Shown: piece by piece, positions 17,971 through 27,221 of the stretch
How the letters are laid out: every line of letters starts with the position of its first letter
Position numbering within the stretch: position 1 is the stretch's first letter
Assembly: GCA_964247445.1 (NCBI GenBank)
Contig: CAXTUV010000001.1
Span: forward strand, 1 to 42,754
Direction: 5' to 3'
DNA: 42,754 nt
Source of the DNA: an uncultured Acidobacteriaceae bacterium
GTDB taxonomy: Bacteria; Acidobacteriota; Terriglobia; Terriglobales; Acidobacteriaceae
Notes under the pieces: generated by a model
Databases searched by the model: none
Seen by the model: only the letters and a program-made list of their open reading frames with translations
What the model was told of the DNA's origin: nothing
Translations under genes and position numbers: made by a program

Positions 17971-19203
17971 ATGTCTGAAACCCACCAAGAACCGCGACGC
18001 GCTCTCACTGCGCATGAAGAGATCTACTGGCTGCTGAACGACAACATGCCGATCCACCCGGTGCTCGCGGCCCATGTTCACGGGCCTACAGAAATAGGTG
18101 CATGGCCCGGAGCCCTCGCGCAATTGCAGAAGCGCCATCCCTTGCTTTCCGTCAGCATCGAGGAACCCGCGGGCTCCAGGAGGCGCTTTGAACAGCAAAG
18201 CGGCATCGCCGTCCCGCTCCGGATCGTGCCGCTTGCCGACGGGCTGCGGTGGGAAGCCGAGCTGGAACGAGAGCTGGCATTGCCCTTCGTCGCCGGCCAA
18301 GCGCCGCTGCTCCGGGCCGTACTGCTTCACCGGCCTGAGCGCTTCATCCTCATCCTTGCCGCTTCCCACTCCGTTGCCGACGGCGTTTCACTGTCATACC
18401 TGGTGCGCGATCTGCTGCAAGCCATGGCGGGCGAAGCACTCGACCTGCTGCCGTTTCCCCGGTCGGAAGAGGATCTGCTCGGTCTTGCGCCGGTGCCTTA
18501 TAAAGACGTAGAGCCTAAGCAGGGCTCCGCTGAAGAATCGGCATATGCCGGCAAGGCACCGCAGGTCAAAAGCCTGCTGCTCAGTCAGGATCTGACGCAG
18601 GCCGTGCGGTCTTCGGCGCGCACGAACGGGGCCACCGTGCACGGCGCTCTTTCCGCTGCCTTCGCCTTGGCAATGCGGCGGCAGGCTCCCGAGTTCGACA
18701 GCAAGCCGGTCCGCTTCATTTCACCGGTCAATGTCCGGCCGATGCTGGGCGTTGAGGACGAGTGCGGAATGTACTTTACCTCCCCTCAACACTCGTTCGG
18801 CCCCGAGTCTCCCCGCTCGTTTTGGGACATAGCCCGCACCGCGCGCCAAGCGGTTGCCGAGGGCTCCACGCGCGAAGCGGTTCTGGCTGCCGCGGAGGCG
18901 ATGCGCGGCATGGTGGCCGGCGGGCTGACCCGGGCCGGCGCGGCCGCGATGCTGGAAGGCCCGTTTGCCGAGGAAGTGCTGCTCACCAACCTTGGTCCGA
19001 TCCCGTACGCACCGGTCTTCGGTCCGCTCCGGCTTGAGTCGCTCTGGCCCGGGGTGCTCGCCGGGCTTCCCGATACCCAAACCGTGGGCGCGGCCTCGAC
19101 AAATGACACCATGAGCCTCCTGCTGACGAGCTACCGCCCGATCCTGCGCTTGCTCGAAGCAGCGGAAGAAATCCTTGCCGTGGAATGCGCAGGCAACTAC
19201 TGA
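17971..19203 (+). CDS. Stand-alone condensation-domain / PapA5-like CoA-dependent acyltransferase
   Basis: RHPLL, PLLRAVL, active-site HSVADG (HxxxDG), ATVHGALSAA, SPVNVR and LTNLG. Confidence 0.85.
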   Translation: MSETHQEPRRALTAHEEIYWLLNDNMPIHPVLAAHVHGPTEIGAWPGALAQLQKRHPLLSVSIEEPAGSRRRFEQQSGIAVPLRIVPLADGLRWEAELERELALPFVAGQAPLLRAVLLHRPERFILILAASHSVADGVSLSYLVRDLLQAMAGEALDLLPFPRSEEDLLGLAPVPYKDVEPKQGSAEESAYAGKAPQVKSLLLSQDLTQAVRSSARTNGATVHGALSAAFALAMRRQAPEFDSKPVRFISPVNVRPMLGVEDECGMYFTSPQHSFGPESPRSFWDIARTARQAVAEGSTREAVLAAAEAMRGMVAGGLTRAGAAAMLEGPFAEEVLLTNLGPIPYAPVFGPLRLESLWPGVLAGLPDTQTVGAASTNDTMSLLLTSYRPILRLLEAAEEILAVECAGNY

Positions 19204-19468
19204 GGGGATGCTTGCGCCATAGCTGGATTGGGAGAGCACGCACATGGCTGCTTACCCGCCTCAAACGGATCGATGGCGTTGAAAAACTCGGGATCGGTCT
19301 TGCAGGGCGACATTTTGGAGGGTATCTCAGGTCAACGGCTTGCTGCCGATCGCTCCTAGGGCATCCTGACACTTCGCTTTTCGGCAATTTGGCTTAAACA
19401 GAGGTTCAACACCATTGGATCGTTTGTGATTACTGGCAATTACTGACAAAAGCTCGTCCATAAAGAGG

Positions 19469-19768
19469 CTATACATGCCTGACAAACTGTTTAGCTAGTA
19501 CAGCTGAGTTGTGCTCGCTTGTGTCGAGTCGGAGCTGTTTGAGGGATGCATAGTCAGGATCACGGTAGAAAGCCTCTGCTTCCGCATGGGAGGGAAACTC
19601 GATGACTATAGCGCCTGTTTGAGATTCGCCTTCAAGAGGCGACACCCCAAGATCAGCAGCGAGCAGCTTTCCTTGGTGCTTCTGCAAGAGGGGCAGAACT
19701 GCTTTACCGTAAGAGGCAAAGCCCTCAGCATCCAGTACGGACAGTGCGAAAATCATGTAAACAGGCAT
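19469..19768 (-). CDS. DUF1330 domain protein
   Basis: MPVYMIF, Y...V.PLL.KH.GK.LA, LEG and VIEFPS..EAEAFY.DPDY. AGGAG RBS. Confidence 0.85.
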   Translation of the reverse strand: MPVYMIFALSVLDAEGFASYGKAVLPLLQKHQGKLLAADLGVSPLEGESQTGAIVIEFPSHAEAEAFYRDPDYASLKQLRLDTSEHNSAVLAKQFVRHV

Positions 19769-19920
19769 CAAGATCTCCTTGTCGCGGCAGCTACTACGTT
19801 GAAATCCGTTACCCTGCTTGCGTTGTCGTAGCTTTAGCAAACATTCGGTTGTGGTGAGTCAATTTCCGCTGAATATCTGCCTAGAATTATCGATCATCTA
19901 CACCCAGATGAACGCCAGTG

Positions 19921-20649
19921 CTACCAGCCGTACGCGCCGTCCTTGTGGAAGAAGCCTGCGGTCGGGCCGTCCTCACCCACCTGCGCATATTCTAGGATTG
20001 CGATGGCTCCATCTGCTGCCGTACCTGGACCAATGTGGTTGTTCAGGTCCGTGGCAACGTAACCCGGACTAACCGAGTTGACCTTCACCTTGGTTTCCCG
20101 CAGCTCCCACGCGAGGTTCACTGTGAACATGTTCAACGCTGCCTTTGACGCGTTGTAACCGAGCGACTTCACACCGTAGAAGGGCGAACTAGGGTCAGTG
20201 TTGATTTCGAGAGAACCGAGGCCGCTGGACACGTTCACGATGCGGGCCGCGGGCGCTGCCTTCAGCAGTGGCAACAGTGGTTGCGTGAACTCCACCGTGC
20301 CAAAGAAGTTGGTGTCAAAAATGCGCTTCATGGCACTGACGGAGGCCCTACTGGCAGGCCCGTCGGCTCCTGTGGCAGCAATGCCGGCGTTGTTTACCAA
20401 CACATCCAAGTAGCCGTATTCACTCCCAATCTTCTCGGCGAGCGCAGTGGCGGTTTCCCGCGCTCTCTCCAGGTCGGCTTGTACATATTGCACGTCCAGT
20501 TCCTCGGCCCGGAGTTTCTGCGCGGCTTCTTCGCCACGGGCGGCATCACGTGCGCCTAGCAGAACCGTAAAGCCTGCTTTACCAAGCGCCCGTGAAACCT
20601 CGAAGCCGATACCTTTATTCGCGCCCGTCACCAACACTACCTTCGCCAT
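19921..20649 (-). CDS. SDR oxidoreductase (carbonyl-reductase-like)
   Basis: TGANKGIG, NNAG, NVSS, YNASK and PGYVATD. Confidence 0.92.
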   Translation of the reverse strand: MAKVVLVTGANKGIGFEVSRALGKAGFTVLLGARDAARGEEAAQKLRAEELDVQYVQADLERARETATALAEKIGSEYGYLDVLVNNAGIAATGADGPASRASVSAMKRIFDTNFFGTVEFTQPLLPLLKAAPAARIVNVSSGLGSLEINTDPSSPFYGVKSLGYNASKAALNMFTVNLAWELRETKVKVNSVSPGYVATDLNNHIGPGTAADGAIAILEYAQVGEDGPTAGFFHKDGAYGW

Positions 20650-20703
20650 GCCCTATCTCCTGTGCGCTCGGCTGGATTTTTACAGTGACCGAAGTTCCAG
20701 TCA

Positions 20704-21534
20704 TTAGGGAGTGCGATCCGTGCTCAGCGTTACTTCCTTCATGGATTCCAAGGCCTGCAAGCGCTGCTGCAGCACCCCACGTATGAGCGTGTACGTATCA
20801 CTCCCGAGCGAAAGGCGAAGCGGCGCGGGTGTCAGGTCCACAGAGGCGATCATCGCAGCAACTACCTTGGTGGCATCTCCGGGGATAGGGAAGGCGTTGT
20901 CTCTGACGGCCTGCCGCACATCGCCCACAGGTGTGCTTTCATAGACCTCCATTGTGGGAGGGCTGATCATGCCTGCGGCAAAATTCGTTCCGGTCGCGCC
21001 CGGCTCCACGATGGTGCACTCAATGCCGAACGGAGCCACTTCTTGCGCAAGCGACTCCACAAAGCCTTCGATGCCCCACTTTGTTGCGTGATAGAGGCTA
21101 AACGACGGGAAAGCAAACTGACCGCCTGTTGAGGACACTTGCAGAACACGTCCGCCACCTTGAGCTCGAAGGTGAGGCAATGCCGCGCGTATCACTTGGA
21201 TGGAACCGATCAGGTTGGTGTCGATCTGGTGACGAATTTGTTCGTCTGTCACTTCTTCCGCCGCACCGAACAGTCCATACCCCGCGTTGCTGACAACTAC
21301 GTCGATTCGCCCGAAGTGTTGGAACGCTCTATCAACAGCAGATCTGATTGCAGGTGTGTCTGTGACATCGAGATTGGTGAGCCACAGGGAGTCGCCGTGC
21401 TTGGCTTTAAGGTCACCAAGCTGTTCAGGCTTCCTGGCGGTCCCTGCGACCCGGTCGCCACGTTTCAATGCTTGTTGCGTCAGGGCTCGTCCGAGCCCTG
21501 TGTTTACTCCCGTGATGAACCACGTCTTCGGCAT
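20704..21534 (-). CDS. SDR oxidoreductase
   Basis: WFITGVNTGLG, SNAGYG, YHATKW and VEPG. Confidence 0.92.
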   Translation of the reverse strand: MPKTWFITGVNTGLGRALTQQALKRGDRVAGTARKPEQLGDLKAKHGDSLWLTNLDVTDTPAIRSAVDRAFQHFGRIDVVVSNAGYGLFGAAEEVTDEQIRHQIDTNLIGSIQVIRAALPHLRAQGGGRVLQVSSTGGQFAFPSFSLYHATKWGIEGFVESLAQEVAPFGIECTIVEPGATGTNFAAGMISPPTMEVYESTPVGDVRQAVRDNAFPIPGDATKVVAAMIASVDLTPAPLRLSLGSDTYTLIRGVLQQRLQALESMKEVTLSTDRTP

Positions 21535-21576
21535 CGAGCTTCACATCACCCTTCTTTGCAAACTTATGACACACCT

Positions 21577-22434
21577 TTACGGAAGCCTTTCTAGCCAAGC
21601 AGATATCTGCTGACCGATGAGGTCAGGATGATCTTCCTGGACGTAGTGAGAGCCAGCGCCAAGAGCGACCGATTTCGTGTTTTTCAGGTGCGCCCTGAGC
21701 CATTTCGCCCGTTGAATTGGAATCAGCGCCCCAGGGTCTGCCCAGAAAAAGAGCTTCGGTATGTCAGTTTCGAGCAGCCATGCTTCATACGCCTGTGCCA
21801 TGGCCCACGTGTCGGCTGGCGCGCCTGCAAACGGAAGCGCGTTTGGAAATTGGTAGACCGGTTCTCGCGAGGCTGGTTCTAAGAATGGCTTGCGGTACGC
21901 ATCCATTTCTTCCGGCGTGAGTTTGCGCACGATGGATGCAGGCAAAACTTCTTCGATAAAGCGGTTCTCGTCGATGAGCAACTTCCGTCCCTGATCGGAC
22001 CGGAAAGCCTGAAAGATCTCGCGCCCTGGCGAGGCGACATCAAGCCATGTAGGGATTGACAGAATGAACTCCATGAGAGCGAGTCCGCGCACCCGTTCCT
22101 GGTGACGCCGGGCCCAATCCAAGCCGAGTGCTGAACCCCAGTCGTGCAGAACAAGCACCAGGCGGTCCAGACCGAGCGCTTCGATAAACGCTTCAAAGTA
22201 CCGGGCTTGGTCCTCGACCCGATACGCGATGTCCGGTTTGTCCGATGCTCCCATCCCGATCAGGTCAGCTGCGATGCAGCGAGCTTTGGGGGCAACGTGA
22301 GGGATGATATTGCGCCACAGATACGAAGATGTCGGGTTCCCATGCTGAAACAGCACAACTGGACCCTTGCCTGCTTCAACATAGGCCATCTCAGAGCCAA
22401 GGACACTTACCTGCTTCAAGTCACTTTGAATCAC
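21577..22434 (-). CDS. dhaA: Haloalkane dehalogenase (HLD-II, DhaA/LinB-like)
   Basis: HGNPTSSYLWRNIIP, DLIGMGASDKP, nucleophile LHDWGS, acid ALME and catalytic His in HYVQED. Confidence 0.88.
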   Translation of the reverse strand: MIQSDLKQVSVLGSEMAYVEAGKGPVVLFQHGNPTSSYLWRNIIPHVAPKARCIAADLIGMGASDKPDIAYRVEDQARYFEAFIEALGLDRLVLVLHDWGSALGLDWARRHQERVRGLALMEFILSIPTWLDVASPGREIFQAFRSDQGRKLLIDENRFIEEVLPASIVRKLTPEEMDAYRKPFLEPASREPVYQFPNALPFAGAPADTWAMAQAYEAWLLETDIPKLFFWADPGALIPIQRAKWLRAHLKNTKSVALGAGSHYVQEDHPDLIGQQISAWLERLP

Positions 22435-22470
22435 TGGTTCTCCTTTGACCGTAGCCTGGCCTCACACCCG

Positions 22471-22527
22471 ATCTCTTATACGCACGAGCGTATTTGCTGC
22501 TGAATCTCTTATACGCACAAACGTATT
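22471..22527. promoter_or_regulatory. Tandem TetR operator pair between divergent dhaA and tetR
   Basis: 24-bp direct repeat ATCTCTTATACGCAC(GAG/AAA)CGTATT at 22471-22494 and 22504-22527. Each copy contains the palindrome ATACG-N6-CGTAT. The second overlaps TATTAT (22524-22529), 6 nt before the tetR ATG. Confidence 0.75.
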
Positions 22528-22535
22528 ATGTGTCT

Positions 22536-23162
22536 ATGGGACGGCCTTCCTTTTACGAACAGCTCATCTCTTCCGGTGTGGAAACGATCTATCGGCGTGG
22601 TTTCGCCACGGTCGGCGTCCGAGAGCTTACGGCCACAGCCGGCGTGGCGCAGGGGTCTTTCACAAACCATTTTGCTTCCAAGGATGACTTTGGGGCTGCT
22701 GTTGTGGATCGCTACTCCCTGCAAATCCAGGAGCGTCTCCGGCAAATACTTCACGATCGAAGTCGTCCGCCGCTAGCACGTCTACGCGGCTATTTCGAAA
22801 GCATCTTCCAGGAACTTGCGAAGCACGATTGGCGATATGGCTGCCTCGCGGGCAACATGGCCCTTGAAGCTGCCGAGCACAGTGAACTTATCCGCAAGCG
22901 CGTGGCAGTCTACATCCATGAGGTTGAGATGGCGTTCGCCGAAGTGCTTAAGGAAGCAACCCAGAGCGGTGCCCTGCTCCCAGGCATTAAGGCGCAGGAG
23001 ACCGCCGCCGCGCTTCACGAAGCATGGCAAGGTGCAATGCTTCGCATGAAAGTAGATCGTTCGCCTGCGCCGCTCGAACGCTTTCTGAACATTACGTTTC
23101 CCGCGCTGCTACAACTTCCGTCAGGCAATCCTAAGAAAATTGCGCACGATAAGCGGGCCTGA
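22536..23162 (+). CDS. TetR-family regulator (NemR/TetR_C_13-like)
   Basis: MGRP, GF..VGVRELT..AGVAQGSFTNHFASKDDF HTH, GCLAGN and WQGAMLRMK. Confidence 0.92.
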   Translation: MGRPSFYEQLISSGVETIYRRGFATVGVRELTATAGVAQGSFTNHFASKDDFGAAVVDRYSLQIQERLRQILHDRSRPPLARLRGYFESIFQELAKHDWRYGCLAGNMALEAAEHSELIRKRVAVYIHEVEMAFAEVLKEATQSGALLPGIKAQETAAALHEAWQGAMLRMKVDRSPAPLERFLNITFPALLQLPSGNPKKIAHDKRA

Positions 23163-23648
23163 TCGGGGCGGTGATCCTGAATGATGAGCAGTGTGAAGAA
23201 TTTACATTGGAATCATCGTGCTACACCGATATTTGGGGGGGATGCTTGCAAGAACTACATTCTAACGCAAGTAACGGAAGACGCGCTTCTCGTCAGTAAT
23301 GACGGATATTTTCACTGAGGTATACCCATGCGGACGCTGCAAATGTGACATGTTTACGTCGCTCTAGGGTCAGCTTTCGCCTGGCTTCGACGAAGACTCG
23401 CCTGAAGCCACCCTTTCAGCTTCCGTGGAGGTTGATTGCTCTCAAGAGGCATGGAAGTGGCGCGCTCAGAAGGGTACCTTGGCTGGCTTCTCGGCCGGGA
23501 CGGGATGTAAGCCCATGACCAATAGGTAATCTAACAAGCAAAGCCAGCCGAAAAGGTAACCGGCAGTCATTCGGCATCAATAATATTTGGCCGGCATCCT
23601 TAATCCGAAATGACGGCCAGAAGTCGAAAGCCGGCATCCGTAGCAGGC

Positions 23649-23858
23649 ATGTTCTTTCGCCGGCAAACGAGCGAGCTCTTGGAGCGTCTGCGGAAAGGCC
23701 ACCTTGTCGGCGGTACGATCTCCCACCGCGATGAGCAAGGCGTCTGGACGGAGATGACCTGGGTCGACGGACGATTCTGCACGCAGGAAGAGCTGGTTGC
23801 CCTAGACCGGGAAGATCGCCAAACGGCGGAACCGGCTTGGAACGCCGCGGAGAGATGA
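23649..23858 (+). CDS. Small hypothetical protein
   Basis: Protein-like composition and GC3 bias; convergent with the kinase gene. Confidence 0.4.
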   Translation: MFFRRQTSELLERLRKGHLVGGTISHRDEQGVWTEMTWVDGRFCTQEELVALDREDRQTAEPAWNAAER

Positions 23859-23865
23859 AGTAGGC

Positions 23866-25863
23866 TTACTGCGCCCAGGATTCGCCGGCGGTACCGGCTA
23901 CCTCGGTGGGCAGCCACAAGCGGAACACAGTTCCGTGCTTCCGCCCCGTGCTGCTCCTGAACGCGAGCCGCCCCTTGTGCTTGTGAACGATGCGGTTGGA
24001 AATCCAAAGACTCAACCCGGTGCCGCCGATGCCCTTTGTCGAGTAGAACGCCTCGAAGATGCGTGGCTTGGCTTCCCGCCCGATGCCCATGCCATCGTCC
24101 GCGACGGTGATGACGACGCCCTGCCGCGAGCAGCGCCACTCCGTTCCGGGGCGGCTGCGGATCGTCAGGACCCCTCCGTTGCGCATGGCGCTGAACGCAT
24201 TGCCCACCAGATTGTTCAGCACCTGCCGGATGTCGCCCTCGAAGGCCGTGAACACCGCGCCACCCGCGTCCTCCAATTTCACTGTGATGGAGGACGCCGG
24301 CAGCCGGGTGCTGTAGAGGTCCAAAACATCGCGCACCAGCGCGTCAGCGCGGATCGGCGTCGGGTTCAGCGGCGAGCGATGGAAGCGCAGCGTTTGCGCG
24401 GTGATGTGGCTCACCCGCGCCAGCTCGCGGTCCGCCAGCTCCAGATGGTCTCGGCTCGACTGCGGAAGCTCGGGGCTGTTGCGGACGATATAGAGCAAAT
24501 TAGTGACTGCTTCGAGCGGATTGTTGATCTCGTGCGAGATGGTGGAGGCGAGGCGGCCCACGGCCGCCAGCTTTTCCGACTGCAGCAGCACTTCCTCGGC
24601 CAGCTTGCGGTCGGTGATGTCGTGGTTGATGCCGACGACGGAGACGACCTTGCCTTGCGCGTTGCGCAGCGGCTTGCCGGCGGTCGACACCCAGTGCAGG
24701 CTTCCGTCGGGCCAGTAGGCCCGGAACTCATGGCGGTACTCTTCGCCGGTGCGCAAAGCGGACGCGACCACCTGCCCGAGCGCCTCACGGTCGGACTCGG
24801 GCAAGAGCGCGAAGAACTGGAGCGAGGACGCGACCTCGGAAGGGTGCCTGCCGAGAACCTGCCCTTCCCAGACAACCGCGTCGTGCTCCACGTTCCAATC
24901 AAAAGTGGCCGCTCCGGACACCCTCTGAGCCAAGGCGAGCCGCTCCGCTGTTCTTGCCAGGTCCGCCGCGAGCGACTCCTCGCGGGTGACATCCTCGCAA
25001 ATGCCCGACATCCAAACGCTTTTGTCCGCGCGGGGCGTGACCTTGGCGCGCACGTGGACCCAGCGGGTGAATTCGCCGGCGCGGACGCGGTACTTGGCGT
25101 CAAAGGGAGCACCTGCCGCACTGGCGGCAAGCTCTTCCCGGACGCGGGCGCGGTCCTCCTCCGCAATGGCGGCCAGCCACACCTCCACCGGGCCTTCCGG
25201 CGCGTCCAGCCCGAACAGGGCGGCCATCCGCGCATCGCCGCCGACGGTGTCGCGGCCCGGGTCGTAATACCAAGCCGCGAGCCCGGCGGCGTCCATGGCG
25301 GTTTGCAGCTCTTCCCGGCTCTGCTCAGCCGCTTTCTGCGCTTTTGTCGCTTCACCGGCCAGCTCCACGTTTTCGACCAGCAGCACGCGGCGGTCCAGAA
25401 GGATGGCTGCCTGCCGCGCCAGGGCTTCGAGAGCCGAAACCTGCTGCTCGGACAAGGTGCGCGGCTCCTTGTCGATGACGCAAACCGTGCCGAGCGCGTA
25501 CCCGCCCGCCGCAATGATCGGCGCGCCCGCGTAGAACCTGACCTTCGGGTCGCCTACGACAAAGGCGTTGAACTTGAATCGAGGGTCCTGACGAGTATCT
25601 GGGACGACAAGGATCTGCCCGGTTTCGAGCGTGTGCGCGCAGAAGCTGGCCTCGCGCGAGGTTTCTCGCGCGCCCAAGCCTTTTTCCGCCTTGAACCATT
25701 GCCGGTCGCCGGACACCAAGGAAACCAGCGAGATCGGGACGCCGCAGATGGCCGCGGCCACCTCGGTCAGATCGTCGAAGCTCTGCTCCGGGGCGGTGTC
25801 GAGGATCTTGTAGCTTTCGAGCGCCGCGAGGCGAGCGGTTTCCAGTGTGGAGCGTGCCGGCAC
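23866..25863 (-). CDS. Cytoplasmic GAF-PAS-PAS sensor histidine kinase
   Basis: GAF (RLAAL..Y.ILDT, SFCAH, RFYAGAP), two PAS/PAC domains (DITDRK), H-box SHEINNPL, N-box QVLNNLVGNA, DDGMGI and GTGL.LWIS. Confidence 0.95.
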   Translation of the reverse strand: MPARSTLETARLAALESYKILDTAPEQSFDDLTEVAAAICGVPISLVSLVSGDRQWFKAEKGLGARETSREASFCAHTLETGQILVVPDTRQDPRFKFNAFVVGDPKVRFYAGAPIIAAGGYALGTVCVIDKEPRTLSEQQVSALEALARQAAILLDRRVLLVENVELAGEATKAQKAAEQSREELQTAMDAAGLAAWYYDPGRDTVGGDARMAALFGLDAPEGPVEVWLAAIAEEDRARVREELAASAAGAPFDAKYRVRAGEFTRWVHVRAKVTPRADKSVWMSGICEDVTREESLAADLARTAERLALAQRVSGAATFDWNVEHDAVVWEGQVLGRHPSEVASSLQFFALLPESDREALGQVVASALRTGEEYRHEFRAYWPDGSLHWVSTAGKPLRNAQGKVVSVVGINHDITDRKLAEEVLLQSEKLAAVGRLASTISHEINNPLEAVTNLLYIVRNSPELPQSSRDHLELADRELARVSHITAQTLRFHRSPLNPTPIRADALVRDVLDLYSTRLPASSITVKLEDAGGAVFTAFEGDIRQVLNNLVGNAFSAMRNGGVLTIRSRPGTEWRCSRQGVVITVADDGMGIGREAKPRIFEAFYSTKGIGGTGLSLWISNRIVHKHKGRLAFRSSTGRKHGTVFRLWLPTEVAGTAGESWAQ

Positions 25864-26007
25864 GAAAGCTATTCTGCCATAAGGAACTTAGCGGCTGATC
25901 AGCGGCAGTTCTGCCTGTCGCGTCCTTGACACAGGCAGTGCGTTTCCGGCGGGCGGATTGCTCCAGCCGAGCCGCGCCCGCAGTGTTCCTCTCCGGTGCT
26001 CAAGCTG

Positions 26008-26771
26008 CTACGCGGCTGTTTTGCAGGGCAGGTAAATGCGGATGGCCGTGCCGCTTCTACCCGGCTTGCGGCAGGTGCGGAGCCGGATCGTGCCCTGATG
26101 ATCCGTAATGATGCGCTTGGAAATCCAGAGCCCCAGGCCCGAGCCCTGCGGCTTGCCGATCGCGTGCGCCTCGAAGAGCCTGCTTTCCAAGTGCTCCGGG
26201 ATGCCGGGCCCATCGTCGGCGACAAGCAGGTGAATGCAGTCCGAGCACCGGCGAACCCGGATGTGGATGTGTGCCCCTTGCCGTGCTTCCGCCAAAGCCT
26301 CAGCCGCGTTTAGGACGAGGTTCGAAAGCACTTGGAGCAGCTCGCTGCCGACAGCCTCGCACACCGCCCGGGCCGGGCCGCGCCGGTGCAGCTCGATGCC
26401 GGCGGTTTGAAGGCGTCCGGCGTGCAGCTTGCCGACCGAGTCAACAAGCGCGGCCACATCGACCTGCGCGGCTGCCCGCTGCTCGCGGTGGAAGGCGAGC
26501 GAGGGCCGCGTGACCGCGGTCAGCACCGCGACCTGCTCTTGCAGCAGCCCGAGGTACTCGCGGGCGGGCGCGGTCAGCAATTCCTGCCCGATCAGGTAGG
26601 CAAGGTTGGTGACGGCCTCAAGCGGGTTATTTACCTCATGCATGACGGCCGCCGCATGACGGCCGCCGCATGGCGGTTGGCCGCCGAAAGCCTTTCGCAC
26701 TCTTGCACCGCTGCTTCTAGCTTGTGGACGCGCTCCTCCAGCAGCTCGTAGGTGGGCTTGTCCGCTTCCAT
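26008..26771 (-). pseudogene. Sensor-less HisKA-HATPase histidine kinase, frameshifted by a 14-bp tandem duplication
   Basis: ATG at 26771 with GAGG RBS gives MEADKPTYELLEERVHKLEAAVQECERLSAANRHAAAVM. The repeat CATGACGGCCGCCG x2 (26641-26668) shifts the frame before HEVNNPLEAVTNL...QVLSNLVLNA...DDGPGI...GSGLGLWIS. Confidence 0.85.
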
Positions 26772-26963
26772 GGGCTGACCTCAACCTTTTCTGATGCAGA
26801 ATGGTTCGCCTTCTAACATTCACCGCTTCTACAGGCCTGTTGCGCTAAAGTACAGGTCTCCGCTGACTCATTGGTAATGAGAACGCTGGACAAACTAAGT
26901 GATGCTGAGGATGCTAAGTAGAAGGTCGGCTCCGGCCGATAAGAAAATCAGAGGAGATTGACC

Positions 26964-27194
26964 ATGGCTGAGTTTCACGCGCAGCTGCTCACCATCGAAG
27001 GCATGGAACAGGATGGCGGGGTTCGCGGGGTCACGCACGCGCTCGGACTTGTGCCGGGCGTCCGCGTCGCCTCAGTTAGTCCGGGTGCAGCCAAGGTGCT
27101 TGCCGAGCCTGCCTGCGAAGGGCCGATCCGTGACGCGCTCGCCTCGGCCGGATTCGCGCTTGCCGCCGCCGAGCCCGAAGCTGTCCGGTCCTGA
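26964..27194 (+). CDS. HMA/CopZ-fold small protein lacking the CxxC motif
   Basis: LTIEGM-EQDGG-VRGVTHALGLVPGVRVASVSPGAAKV...IRDAL.SAGF follows the HMA pattern. GAGGAG RBS. Confidence 0.7.
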   Translation: MAEFHAQLLTIEGMEQDGGVRGVTHALGLVPGVRVASVSPGAAKVLAEPACEGPIRDALASAGFALAAAEPEAVRS

Positions 27195-27221
27195 ACAGGG
27201 CCGATACCCGTCTTGCTGCGT

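Noticed and set aside
17971-19203. NRPS biosynthetic cluster
   Set aside because: Only a lone HxxxDG domain; no adenylation, carrier or thioesterase domains.
23935-25929. 664-aa plus-strand ORF
   Set aside because: Antisense shadow of the GAF-PAS kinase, with no motifs; expected in high-GC DNA.
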